DNA of 64,000 nt from Lingula anatina (GCA_051362555.1 CM120642.1:27776001-27840000), one strand, 5' to 3'; positions 26,301 through 39,535 are shown, counted from the stretch's first letter. Notes: a model not told the origin generated them from the letters alone. Made by a program: numbers and translations.

Positions 26301-26720
26301 ATAGATGGCTTTGGCCAGTCTATGAAAAATGTATTTGAAATTTGCAAATTTGGGCATTTTAGCAAAAATTGGAATTTTTGAAAATTCCCCATTTTCAAAG
26401 TTATTTTTCTAATTTTTAAAGGCCACCAAAAACATTTATTTATATGTTTTTAGTTCAAATAGGATATGATATTTAACAATGTCTGAAAATGAAAAATAAA
26501 TATTTATCCACATTTATGGTTTTTTAGCTCAAATATAGCTGAAATTGAAATTTTGCAATCTGGATTCCGCCATCTTGGGTGAAAAATTTTAAGTGCTGTT
26601 ACCATGGCAACCGAGGGTGATTCAAACTAACCAATATCCATTATGTTGGTTTGGGGCTATAATGAACAAATACACCAATTTTCATCAAAATCTGAGAGGG
26701 TCATGTGCCACCCTATTCTG
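23400..26720. repeat. AT-rich repeat complex with internal tandem duplications and GCCGCCATCTTGG (YY1-like) motifs, probably non-autonomous DNA element(s)
   Basis: ~160-bp duplication (23983/24143), ~310-bp degenerate repeats (24670-25350) and ~350-380-bp repeats (25570-26590). The motif occurs at ~23557, 25827, 26177 and 26567. Segment 23711-23858 matches 36525-36670. Boundaries uncertain. Confidence 0.65.
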
Positions 26721-27217
26721 AACCTTACAGAGACTGGTACTTAAAAGTCGATTAGTCAAAAAATTTCCTGAATAGGTATGTCTTCAATTCTTTTTTTAAA
26801 TGCTTGGTAGACTCAAATGATCGGATTTCCAGTGGTAATAAAACTACAACTAAGATAATTAATTGTATTTATGTAGGAAAAGGTTTGTTTTAGTGGTGGT
26901 AATAACTTTTTGATAATACATCTACGTTTTGTTTATTGGAAATTAGTCTTAGTTTGGGTCTTCTGTCTGCACATTTTGACCTTAAGTAGTTGACCAAGGC
27001 AAGGTGATAACAGGTGTCCAGGGTTATGGAATGTCTTAGCTGCTGTGTATCTAGGCACACATATTTATATTTTATGAAAGATGTTTTGGGGACTAATTCT
27101 ATCGAGCTGCATCCGTGAGAAGCCATTCAGCTTTGTAGCTGCGGAGATATTTACCCGCAGTTTTAGCAGCTACACTGTATTATTGTTTGCGTTTCTTTAT
27201 TGTTATTTGTACACTGG

Positions 27218-27465
27218 TTACCAGCCATCACTTGTGGTTTCAAGATTTGGGGACGGCTATTTGTTACTTGGTGACTTTATTTTCTTCGGATAATATTCAG
27301 TTTTCCCCAGCCACCAGTTTTGGTATTCAAGTTTCAGCGACGGTTGTTGACAGCTATTTGTTACTTGGTGACTTTATTTTCTTCGGATAATATTCAGTTT
27401 TCCCCAGTCACCATTTTTGTTATGCAGGTTTCGGCGACGGCTGTTTCCTTTTATTGGGTGACTTC
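27218..27465. repeat. 97-bp tandem repeat, about 2.5 copies
   Basis: GCTATTTGTTACTTGGTGACTTTATTTTCTTCGGATAATATTCAGTTTT at 27256 and 27353, with a degenerate third copy. Confidence 0.85.
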
Positions 27466-27639
27466 AAGTCTTGGATCACACACTGGCTAGTATTTCTTTA
27501 TTGTCTTTATTTTTCCCCTTATTTATGTGTTCCTCGGTTGGCGGGGATGTGAGCTTCTCTCACATCTAAGGGCCTTTTATTTTCATTTGCGCCAACTTCT
27601 TGCTCCTATAGCTGTTGTGATTTCTTATATTTTTCTTAA

Positions 27640-28350
27640 TTAATCCAGGTTACGCTCATTAACATACTTTATTATTTTTATATTATGGCACTTATATAGT
27701 TTGGGGGATGTTTGATTATAGAGGCAGCCAATGTAATTCTTTTAAAACTGGGGTGATATGGTTACTCATGGCTGTACGAGTTAATAATCTAGCTGAGATG
27801 TTCTGAATACGCTGCAGTCTTTAAATCTGTTTTTTTTTTTTTTTTTTTTTTTATAACCATATAAAATAGAATTGCAGTAATCCAATCTAGATGTTACTAA
27901 ACAATCTGTAACTGTAGCTGCAGCAGATTCAGATAGGTGATTACGAATTGCGCCTATATTCCTAATGTAATTTACTCCTGATTTGCATATGCTAGTAATT
28001 TGCTTATTCATGGAAAGTGTTCTTATCTAAAAAAAAAAACACCAAGATTCTTAGCATGGGGCCGTTGGTTTAATGATACTGGATCCAATTTTGAGTTCAA
28101 TTTTTTCTAATATTTTCTGATTATGTGGTTGGGTTACAACTAAAAGTTCAGATTTTCCTTCATTGATTTTCAGCTTATTTCTTATCTACCACCCTCGTAG
28201 ATCATCAATACACCTAAACAGCTTTTCAATTGATTCATTAGGATTTTCTACATTACAGCATGTAAAAATTTGTGTGTCATCAGCATAGATGTGATAGCCA
28301 ATAATGTGATGTCTCAATATGGCCACAATAGGTAATGTATACAAACAAAA
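27640..28350 (-). mobile_element. L2/CR1-group LINE RT fragment
   Basis: Minus-strand GYHIYADDTQI (~28270-28300), LKINEGKSELL, SRLDYCNS (ORF 27781..28011) and HITPVLKELHWLPL (~27720-27760). Confidence 0.85.
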
Positions 28351-28809
28351 AGCTATTCATTTAATGTATCTTCAAAACATCTAATTATGCTGCTTGAAAC
28401 ACAGCTCCAGCTTCGTGTTACGTAATATTGGATTTTTGGGGACAAAAACACCATTTTAAACACCTGATTATCTCAGGCCCCTGGACAGCTATAAACATGC
28501 TTTTAATGGTATTATCAAAGAATTACACAAGGGAGTCAGGGGTTTTTCTTTAGATCAACAACAAGAAATAGATGCAACCAGGCAGGGCTTGTTAGAGGAA
28601 ATGTCTAAAGTTGTGTTTGTCAGAAATTGGGATAATCATTGAAGAAAAAACATCATGTCGGCCTTGAAAGTGCACATGCATCCAGAACTGTACCTCGCGG
28701 TATAACAACATTTTGGTTGAAAATGCTAGGACTTATTCTCCAGCTCATATCTCATGGCCAAAATGAATAATTCTGAAAAAATCAAAATGTTATAAATACT
28801 ACAGCTCAG

Positions 28810-29807
28810 TGTAACAGACTGAGACTGACGGGTAGGGATTCACATTATTTATTATTGTAGCTGCAATAGGTTGGACAACGTGAGTTGACAGATGTCCTAA
28901 TAATAAAAATCCAATAAAAAAATGGGCACCACACAAGAGCAAATTCATTGATCAAATTGAGGGAGTGCAGCGTAGAGCTACAAAACAGTTACCGGGTATG
29001 AATAACCTTAGTTACCCAGAAAGGTTACGTAAACTTGGGCTTCCAACACTTAGCTATAGGAGGGTGAGAGGGGACATGATTGAGATGTATAAACTAGTCA
29101 CTGGGAGATACGACGAATCAACTAGAGATCTTATCAAATTATGGTCCAGTCATTCACATAGGTCTGGTAATAGAGGAAATTGTTTCAAGCTATTCCCCCA
29201 AAGAGCCAAATTAGACTTGAGAAAATACAGCTTCACTGTGCGTACAACACAAATATGGAATAGCCTACCTGATCCAGTTGTCAGGGTAAAAAGCCTCAAC
29301 TCTTTTAAGAACAGATTAGACAAGTGGTGGGATGACCAGGAACTCAAATATGACAATTATAGGTCCGAAATCAACATCATCGGAAGTCACAAGTTAGTTT
29401 TGGAGGAAGAGTCTGATAAAGAGGATCCAGTAGGAACCTGAATCGGAAATCGACGCTAATCTAATCTAATCTAATAACGAACAGAACAAATCACAGAACT
29501 AAACAATAAATAAATAACATTCAAAATGAACTAAACAAACTAAAAAATACTTATCTTTATAACAAAATAAGACTTAATTAAAATCTTTAGTAAAATAAAA
29601 AACAAACAAACCAAGCCAATATTTACCTGCAATAGGTTGGACAGCGTGAGTTGACAAATGTGCCGCCAAATGAGGAAGGGCGTGTATTTATAGTAAAACG
29701 GACGAAAAGACAAAAAAGACGAAAAGTCACGAAAACACGAAAAACAAACGAAAAGACACGAACACAATACACTACCACAAGTATACCTCACACATGCACA
29801 TGTTACA
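28810..29807 (-). repeat. Gypsy 3' LTR, interrupted by a CR1 fragment
   Basis: Perfect termini TGTAACA (28810-28816) and TGTTACA (29801-29807). The polypurine tract GGGGGGGA lies directly adjacent on the minus strand (29808-29815). CTGCAATAGGTTGGACA.CGTGAGTTGACA occurs on both sides of the insertion. Confidence 0.8.
28922..29475 (+). mobile_element. CR1-clade LINE 3' fragment with (CTAAT)n tail
   Basis: WAPH...IEGVQRRATK...LSYPERLRKLGLPTLSYRRVRGDMIEMYK...WNSLP...SFKNRLDKWW, then a CTAAT x4 tail at 29456-29475. Confidence 0.92.
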
Positions 29808-32800
29808 TCCCCCCCATGGTTTCCAACCCATTTACAAAACGACAAGGGAATGATAATTTTTCCATTTTGTTAATTTTTTCTGTACAATATTTACAAAAAA
29901 TAAAATTTATACTCTGTATGATATTTAAAACACCCAGTTGTTATCATTATACCAAACTGGTTTTCTACTACTTCTCTTACTTCTCTTGGGTCTATTAGGA
30001 GTATCAGAATATCCATGTTGCTTCTCTAACAAATCATTTTCTTCTAGTGGTAGAGAATATATTGGCAGGAGCTTGTTTCGGTGTACCGTTTTCTTCTCCC
30101 CTGTACCATCTTCTCTTTTAATTATGAAAACCGGTATTTCTTTGTTAGGTTGTGATACAACAACATACACTTCAAAAGCAACATTTTGTTAAAGTACTCG
30201 GTCCCCCACCGACAAAATACCCCTCTTCCTTTTTTGTCAAAATTCTTCTTTTGTCTGGCCTGCGCTTTCCTCGTATGTTCTACCGCTAAATGATACGAAT
30301 TGTGCAATTTCTGCCTTTGTTCTTTTATATAATTAGATTGTGAAGTAGAAGTACTTTCAAGAGAACAGTCTAACAGTAAGTCAACGGGTAGTCTAGGGTG
30401 TCTTCCAAACATGAGGAAGTAAGGAGAAAAACTGCTTAACCTGTTACGTGTACAGTTATACGCATGCACCAGCGAACCAATATGTTGTTTCCAATTCTTT
30501 TTTTACTTGGCTTAAGCGTAACGAGCATATTTAAAAGGTGCAATTCGTACGCTCACACTGGCCAATTCCCGTTGGATTGTAAAGGGTAGTCCAGGATTTT
30601 ATTATCCCCGCTAACTGACACAATTCACATAACTTTCCCTTCAAAATTCTGACCTTGATCCACCTTTCCCATCCTTTATTGTAAGGTTGTCCATGCAGAC
30701 TAATTCTAATGGAGCAGAAGACAATATTTCTGCGTGGACAGTGGGCAACGTTTTACGTTTTATGCATCTACTAATGTGTTGAGACATTTGCTTTGTCATT
30801 CCGGGCCAATTAACACGTTGTTGAAGGAGATCTACAGCTCTATCTCTTCAAAGATGACCTATTTCGTCATAACAACCATACAAAGCATCTTTTCTCTAGG
30901 CTTCTGGTAGAAACAACTGTAGTTACTGACCCATCATTAGATCGTCTTGTACAATAGAGTACATCATCACACAGCACCATTCTCTCTAGCTTTCTTCCAA
31001 AAGTCTTACTTTCTACATCTTTCCCTCTCATTCTTTTCTTCACGCCTTTCAAAATATCCCGTACATTTTTACAATAGGATCTGCTTCATGCAATTGTATC
31101 TTTTTTCTGATTTATTTGAACAAAAGCAGACAGTACCTTTGGAAAAACACTCCCTGTACAAGGAAAAACAGCAATTAATGGCTCTTGGATCTGAAAACTA
31201 TGAAAAATAGCATGGCAACTATTAACTGTAATCTCTTGCGGCCATCAAATTCGAGAAAGAGTATCTGCTTGCAAATTTGACTTGCCTGGAACATAAAAAT
31301 GTTAAAATTGTAGTTAGACAGCTCTGCCACCCAACGTTGACCTGTGGAATCCAATTTTGCAGACGTCAGCACATATATCAATGGGTTGTTATCTGTTCTG
31401 ACTGTAAAAGAATTTCCATAAAGGTAATCAGAAAATTTTTCTGTGACGGCCCATTTTAAAGCTAGAAATTCCTATTTGTAAATGGAATAATTCTTTTCAC
31501 TTTGCCGCAAACCTCTACTTGCGTATGCAATTACCCTGTTTTGACCTTCCTGATTCTGATAAAGCACAGCTCCCGGACCGACTCTACTGGCATCCACCCG
31601 CAATTCAAATGGTTTGGAGAAATCTGCAAATGCTAAGATGGGCGATTTAGTACATACATCTGTTAACAAATGCATCCTGATGCTCTAGAAGCCAATTGAA
31701 ATTTTGTTGAGATTTTCTAGACTTTTTATGCACTTGATTGTTCGTGAGTTCATGCAATGGGCTAGCTAATTTACTGAAATTTATTGTACACACTTTGGAA
31801 CAGGTCAAGATTTCAAAACCTCAGTCTTTGCTGGATCAGTTTGTCCTCCATCTTTAGAAACAATGTGTCCAAGGTATTGGGTTTTCCACTGAAATAAACG
31901 GCATTTATTAGGGTTGAGTTTCAACCCATGATCTTGCAATCGTGTCAGCACATCTTTTAGCTTGGTTACATGTTCCTCATACCTTTTGCTGAAAACAATA
32001 ATATCATAAAAGTAAAGTAAACAATTTACTAGGTTTAAATCCCCCATGCAACTTTCAAGCAGTCTTTGAAATATAATAGGCACATTACAACACCCATACG
32101 GCATGCGTACACACTCATAAAAACCTAAAGGACCAACCTTAAATACTGTTTTTGGTATGTCAGATACCTCAATTTCTACTTGCCAATACGCAGACTTCAG
32201 ATCCAACACGCTGAACCACGAAGCACCATGGAGGAGATCTACTGTTTTGATGGAAATTTTGAAGCAGATACTATAGAAGCCTGAGAAAGCTTACAGAGTT
32301 TTGATCCACTGAGAATAGTAATGCTATGGTTGGAAAATTTAGTAATATCCACGGCAATTTTTTTTGAGTTGATAAAGCAGGCTGCACCACATGCACACTA
32401 GGAGAAAGTATCAACCCAGCTGGTAGAGCAGACTCTGAAATTTTCTCAGTCATGGCTACAAAACGTTGACATGAAACTACTCTCGACAAGCCGTTAATCA
32501 ACACCTTCCCACCTTTAGACACTATAACTGACTTGGTAGTGCGGACTTCACCCATCACATAACACTGACTTTTGAGGGTTTTCAAAACCAACTTTAAAGA
32601 CGTGGGCAAGTTCAAGTTTTGTTTCTTACTGACCTCTAATTTCAAAATGTTATCAAGCGGCTCAATTTTTTAAATAACAAGACTTTGCAAAAGAAGACAC
32701 TGTACTCACAAAGGATCCAGTATCTAACAATGCTCCAACTTCCTTTCCCTGAAAAACAACTGGTAACTCATTAGAATTACCTACAAGATTTCTCACTAAT

Positions 32801-33506
32801 GATTTGGGGCATTCCGAAACAGAGCCTTACCGTTGCACTGCTCGACGTTTAAATGATTTTGTAAAGACAATTTGACTACCTATGACCTTGATTTCCACAA
32901 CGTGGCAACAACGTACCTGATCTGATCTTACTAGGTTGGGAAGGATTCTGTCGACTTTGGCAATTTAATCGACCTTCAAGAACACTCATTCTTTCTTTTA
33001 AGGAATTCACTGCTTCCAACAATATGTCAAACTTTTCTTGGGACTCGGAAGAAGATTGTTGTAATTTACATGTGATAGGAACTCTTCCTTTCTCTTCCAA
33101 CTCAATTGTTCGTGCTTCCACCCAAAACTCCTCAAAAGTTGCTCCGCCTTCATATCTGTATCTCAACAATTGTCTTACTGAAGAGGAATAAAGACCATTG
33201 TAGAATTTCAATCTCAACATAGACTTACCACCATCTTCAAAAACAGAGGAGGTTTTTTGGAAACCATATCTTGTACAAACCCAAGCTGCTACACTTTCAG
33301 CTTTTGACTGATTAGAAGCATAAAACTGTTGTAAAATACAGAACATCACCATAGACATAATCAAATTTCGCCAAAATTTGATTAATATCAACTATCTCTC
33401 CAAGATAAGGTATACAGCGTTTCTGCTGCTGGACCTTTCACTGAACGTCTAATCTAATGGCATGTAATAATACTGAATCTGAGTACAGTTTATCCCTATA
33501 AAGGGC

Positions 33507-33782
33507 CCCAGCGGGCAAATTATGTTGTTTTAACATTGAAACAACGTTGAACCATAACGTTGATAATACGTTGGATAAACATTGGATTTGAAAGTTGACT
33601 CAACGTCAGATAACAACATTGTATCAACCCCAGTTGTTAGACAACATTCTTGCATGAAAAGACATTAAAAAGACCTGAACTATTTTTTTTATTTTTGGTA
33701 CAAAACACAGGTACACAATTAAAACGTACAATTTCACAATTTCAACGCATTTAGCTCCTAAGCATGTTTTGCACCTGAGCAT

Positions 33783-33843
<61 letters not shown>

Positions 33844-34315
33844 CAAAGTCACAGTCACCTCAACCTGTCTATCTATAATAGGGTACCGAGAATTGTCAAC
33901 TTTGTTAACTTCACTCCATCAACTTATTCATCCTAGTGTTAGCTAACCTTGCAAAGAATTCAGTTTAATGGAATGTATTTCTGAATAACAAGTTTACAAA
34001 ATTCACTAGTTCACTAAAGACACAAAACAACTGTCACTTTTACTTTAAAACACTATTTTATTATTTTGATAAAGTTTGTTACAGTATTGATAAACAAAGT
34101 ATCACATTTTCAATAATTAATATTTTAAATTACAATCCATGTCTACAAGGTTGTGTCAATGACCGAAATACAACATTGAGTCAACGTCACATTATGACGG
34201 TGTTTTGACATGGCTGGAATCAACGTTGATTTTACGTTGAATTTAGGTAGATCAAGGGCAATTCAACGTATCAACCTGTTTTCAACGTTGATCCAACGTC
34301 ACTATGCCTGCTGGG
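33507..34315. mobile_element. Non-autonomous TIR element with CCCAG termini (CACTA/CMC-like) inserted in Gypsy gag
   Basis: TIR CCCAGCGGGCA / TGCCTGCTGGG, with subterminal CAACGTTG-like repeats at both ends and an internal (TA)n at 33785-33842. No matching TSD seen. Confidence 0.75.
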
Positions 34316-35530
34316 TTATGAACTCCAAATGTTCCAAAAAATTACTTTTGAGTTCGTTTCCTTGCCAATATGCCATGGTTTAAACATTTAGACTGGAACT
34401 CTTTTTTCCTGTTGTTGGTTAATTGGTCTGCCAGCAGGAGCAGTCAAAGTGACGACTACTCTCTTGTGACCTTAACCGTACTATCTAAGGGCAGCTAGAG
34501 TAGCCCAAGTGAGTACAAGTACACAACCGAGCCAAGCCTCTAACAAACGCCAAAAATGCCCGATATGTATTCGGCGTCAGCAGTATTGATTGTGAGCTGC
34601 GCGCGTTATATAAAAACCAGGTCAAACTTCGATATATCAATGCCTTTCAGATCATTTAGCCTTCAGTCACTTAATTTCAGTCATGATTTGGTCTAAATAG
34701 ACCATATTTAAATGAGCTAAATCGACTATTGTATGATAGCAATCAAAACACACCAGAAAACCTCCGCGCTAAACACAAATAAAGTGAAAATGCTCTGCAA
34801 GTTCCCGAAACTTTAATAAATATAACTAATTAAGCATTTGAAGCAGCATCGAGTTACAGAATGATTCATAAAAAGACAAAGTTTCGCTTCGTAAACAAGA
34901 TCAATTCTGATACAATGCCAAAAACAGCAAAGCAAAAGAGGTTAAAAATTTAAAACGTTCCATGAAGGATATTGTCACCCTTCGCCCGAAACACCTTATT
35001 TACTGCCTTGCGTACATTCTTCTGGGTAATAAATAAATCTTGTGTTTAGGGACTATATTTATTAACATTTACACATGTCATCTTATGGGTGACGTCATAA
35101 TTGGATAATTGGGGTAAAAACGAAAAAAAAACGTTTCCCCAAATTTCTTTTACCTGAGCACCCACGATCACCGTTTTAATGGCAATTCAATGACACTATT
35201 TAGTACTCCAGAACACTGCCAGCGATTTGTCTCAAAAGTCTTTTCGTGATAAAGTCTTGTTCAGGGATGAAGTTGCGCCCTATACAGATTGCTTTCTCAC
35301 CTCAAAATAGAAAGGTGTGAAATTGATGAATAGAGCTTTGAACTTACCTATGCTTATGCATTGCAACTAAAAAATATAAACGCCGATATTTTATACATTG
35401 AATGGCTTTTTCATTGTTTTAAGTCAGCACAAAGATAGATGCATTTAATGCTGAATAATTACATGCAGGGAAAAAACTAAATTTCGGTATCTAAATGATA
35501 ACAAAGGGTTACAACGTTACATTAATCGGA

Positions 35531-37960
35531 CTAAAGCTGAAACATTCCAAAATACAAGACATTCCTTTCATGTGTGACATACTCTCGTTTTTCTGCCTCG
35601 ACAAATACTCCGCATTCGCTGGTTAGCTGAACCACTCCACTTACAAAGCTGCAATGATCGTGGAGTTCCCCAGGCAAAAGATATATAGTTTTCATTTCAC
35701 GCAAAACTCGTTTTGTTTTAAATTCACATTTCGTGTTCATGAAATGTTTAATGTATACAGTGGCTGCTTGATCAAGTTGAACGCTAAAGCACACTTGGCT
35801 GTAGATGAAATAAAAGGCGGGAACATTCGAGACCAACAAAGTACGTCTATTGTCCTGTACGACGTGTACTTCACCCCGCTGTGTTTTTCCGTGATACCCT
35901 GACTCTACACTCCATTCAATGTCGTCTCCTAATGCAAAAATAGAAAAGCTTCTAATTTACAATACTTGGCACTTTTATGTATTTGTTCGAAAATTTAATA
36001 TTCAACATAAACACGGAAACAACTTTATGATATTGGAGTGTGCAAATATTAGGAAAAATGTTTCAATATCTTTTTTATGCATGGAATTTCTATCTTCAAC
36101 TGCAAGGTACATAGATATTCAATACCAGCTGGGCACAATTGCACAGAAATGTGTATTCAATTAGCCAGCAAAAAATCTAGCGAAAAAATCCCTGGGGTCC
36201 CTTCGTCCCATATGTAGTTGTCCAATAGGTGTATTTACATTTCACTGCAGCAGAAAGTTGAGAACAGGGCGTTAGATAAGCATAGAGCGTATTCTATGTT
36301 TTTCTCCGATCAGTGCTCGCTTAAAGGGATAATAACTCTTCGTTTTGGCCAAATAAAGAATTTTCCTGGAGTAAACAACAATTTTCCCATACTTACCAAT
36401 GGTTAATGAATTCATTTTAACATTCAAAATTAGTCCGTTTTTTTTCTAAAAAGTTTGGTTTTTTGTTTTAACAAATTAAAAAAAATTAAATTTAAAATTT
36501 AAATTTAAAATGAACTTTTAAAAAATCTCTTAAGAGATTGTAACAGAGTATAGCCATCAATGGAGGTCACATGGTCTGAAGACAAGCTCTGATATTAGAA
36601 TAATAACTATAACTGCCGTTTTTGTGGTAAAACAGAATATATTATATTTCTATGAGTTATTCACAATGTTTTTATTGTGAAATATAGATCTCATACAAAG
36701 AGTCATTATCCCTTTAAGCACGATAATGGAAAATATGCGAGGGTGATTGTTAGAATTAGGACTACAACAGAATGAACGATAATGATAGTTTACCATAACG
36801 CTGCCCTAGAAGGTGGACTGCAGGTCGGACGTATTTCTCCGTAGAAACATATCCATATCTAGAAACATTCTTCTCCAGGATGGGGCGTGGTGTAGGGATG
36901 GAGGCGTTCACTTCAGCCTCCACGAACTGATATAAAAGTATATTTTAACAGTATACATCAAACCACTTAAATATTCCTACTTAAATGAATTTAACCAAGT
37001 GAAATTGTGTATTGATAAGGATTAATTGTGTATTGATTAGGATTTTTTAATTGACAATCTACGAAAACATTTATAGCTAAATTTTATTTGCATCAAACAA
37101 TTACGTTATCCTTCTTTTACTTTTTCTATCAAAATTTATGTTATACTTTAAAATCCAAACGCAAAAAGTAAATGTTATGCACGAAGAATGAGAACTAAAT
37201 TAGATTATATTTTAAATAAATGGCTTTTAACAAATAAATGTCACCTGATGCAATGCCCTCGACTAACGTGCATAGAAGAAATACTAACCGTTTTGATTAA
37301 AAGCAATAACTGATCAAAGTTTTGGGCACAAACTTTGTCCGTCCATTCGCATTGTTCCGGTCTCTCGCCTATGAGGGGAAATAGATCACAGGATAAACAG
37401 AAGTTGGACTTCTCAGCACTATATTCTGACGCCGACACATTACTCTGTGACAGGTGTACAAGGTCGGCCCTTAGTTTGTCCAGTTCTCTCTGCGTTGAAA
37501 CATAAAACCAAACAAAAAAAACAAGGGCAACAGACAAAAATAGCGCCTGCTGAAGGCAAAGAAAGAAACATAGCTTCTTTGACCACGGAGATCCTACAAT
37601 AATGCCGTTTTTTAATTGGTTGACATAAGTATACTTGTTCTCTGAGCTTCCTGCCACAATTCTCCGGCGACTTTGCGATGAATTTAGCTGATGAGGATTC
37701 AAGACGGGTATGGAATCGTCGTCAAAATCACTCTCTGGAAAGCATGCCCAGTCATGTTGAACATTAGACGGCGGTGTTGCCGCGTCATTCGGTATGGCAT
37801 ATAAATGACTTGACTCGTCAGAGCTAGACACGCTGCTCAGAATCTCTGCGGTATTAGGAAGGGGAGGAAGAGGGGCGTTAACGATGCAATGATCGCAATA
37901 TCCGTTGGCATCGGTTCCATCGCACGGATTGCGATGAAAAAGCTGCAGAGGGGCAAACAT
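35531..37960 (-). CDS. TNF-superfamily ligand, type II membrane protein, 3 exons, 400 aa
   Basis: Exons 37960-37289 (672 nt, donor GTTAGT, phase 0), 36926-36794 (133 nt, CAG/GTAAAC, phase 1) and 35928-35531 (398 nt, TAG acceptor) sum to 1203 nt in frame. TM segment at ~aa 130-154, then a coiled coil and CLSC cysteine cluster. TNF homology motifs RPAVHLLG, IEW, FYFIYSQVCF, SFVSGVVQL and YFGMFQL*. Confidence 0.9.
36325..36713. mobile_element. TTAA-flanked MITE (Kolobok-like) in TNF intron 2
   Basis: TTAA|AGGGATAATAACTCTT ... AAGAGTCATTATCCCT|TTAA, with TTAA at 36321-36324 and 36714-36717. Confidence 0.85.
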
Positions 37961-39242
37961 CTTGCTTCTTCCTCACTTCCTATGAATATGTAGATAGAAT
38001 GAGAGGGACATTAAAAACACCGCTGGCTAAATTTTAGTCCAGCTATATATATATGTGTTTGTGTGTCAAATAAAACTAGGTAGAGTTGGCTCTGGGCCAA
38101 AATCAACATGCAGGAAGGTTCCACTGCCAGGAGTACATGACCTTATAAACAATTTTTTGTCAGACTCTAAACCAACTTTTAGATCTCTGCGTTTTCTCAC
38201 AAGACAAACAGAATGTTTTACAATATTTTAGAATGTTTTACAACGTTTTAGAGTGTTTCGGAAAAGATGTAAATGTCTCAAAATAATTTAGAATCATAGG
38301 ATATTTTCATAAGTTGTCTCAGTGTTTGATTTTATAAACTATACGTTTTAAATTGAAGTTTAATCTTAAACACCACAAAAATGAAATGATTGTAATGAAC
38401 TAGGAAATTGATGGGCAAATTACAGTCAGACTACTAGCAGGGGGCCTATGTAGTTTTGGAATCTGCAGTCTATATACTGAATCAAAATCAATTTTGGGTG
38501 TGCTTGATTGTGGTTTATTTTGTCTTTGTTACATACAATAGAGCCAATGTTTGCACTGAAACCAATGCATATGGTTATGAAAACTTACTGTAATCTACAA
38601 CTACACTGTAAATAAACATGATTTTGACTGGGCTTTTATTTTCCTCTTAACCAAATGTCACCTTATTGGGTTCCCATTTAAATGATCATGAGAAAAAGAA
38701 AAAAAAACGTTAAGTCGAGTTCCCTCATTAACAGCTTAGTTACCGCCGTCAGGCCTTTTATTCTTACGTCTATCAGTCCCATTTCACGATAAATCTACAA
38801 GACCGGTTAAACGTCGGTTTTTTCTAAGCTTTTTTTTAGTCGACTAAACCTATATAACCTCTTCGGGGGTGCCTTTAGTCAGCAAGTTCAACTAAATCTC
38901 GGTAAAAATAAGAGCACAATCAACAAAACTTTTGGAAGTACATACCTTCTTCATGATATCGTGTCAAAATACCTTCGCATGCTACCGTGCAATTTATTGA
39001 TTTTTTTAACAGAAAATAAATACAACGACCTAGAAGCCGATCGCGGGTTTGTTTAGACGTTTTGATCGATAGATGTCCGGTACATTGGTAGTGCTCCACG
39101 ACAAGCAGAGAATTTAACTGTTACTTTTAAGTTGCATTAAAGTTAAATTAATCAATAAGTTTAAAAAACAAGCTTTATATATGTTTTGGCTGAATTTATT
39201 GTTTATAAGCGACCATACACATTTAAGTCGGTCAGTTAATAG

Positions 39243-39535
39243 CAATTTAGTGAGACTCCCCAGAGAGTTAGATCGATCCATATGGATCGATTTAGGCATG
39301 GGAACCCAGTCTTAGTCGACTGCATCGTAGTCGATCTAGCTTGGTCACTCAGCTCGGAGTAGTCAACTAGGTCAACTAAAATTATTTGTGAAACCCAAGC
39401 CGTTCATTGCTTTAGTTGAGACAACTAGGTGGGACAGGGCTGGAGCAAGGGGTCTCTGTAACCTTAGACTGGGTTCCCATACTTAGATCGATCCATCTGG
39501 ATCGACCTAACTCCCTGGGGGTTCTCGCTAAATTG
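39243..39535. repeat. ~70-bp imperfect inverted repeat pair (MITE-like), with further partial copies
   Basis: 39243-39312 matches the reverse complement of 39466-39535. Related copies lie at ~39631-39680 and ~21294-21347. Each has an internal TAGATCGATC..GATCGA palindrome. Confidence 0.75.

Larger units (their letters stand above)
28810..34450 (-). mobile_element. Decayed Ty3/Gypsy LTR retrotransposon (gag, protease, RT, RNase H, integrase)
   Basis: PNMA-like gag (RRSVKGPA ~33435-33455; ORF 32876..33391). Protease ALLDTGS (~32710-32735). RT LDLKSAYWQV, RMPYG, Y.YDIIVFS (31805..32209). RNase H VDAS...IAYASRGL and RWVAEL. Integrase HAYNCT...SPYFLMFGRHPRLP and VHRNKL. Many lesions. The 5' LTR was not found. 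Confidence 0.92.

Noticed and set aside
34540-34565. Primer-binding site or 5' LTR of the Gypsy element (TGGCG on the minus strand)
   Set aside because: The adjacent sequence does not match the end of the 3' LTR.
38113-38122. NF-kB site (GGAAGGTTCC) upstream of the TNF gene
   Set aside because: It mismatches the GGGRNNYYCC consensus, the TSS is unknown, and a chance match is likely.
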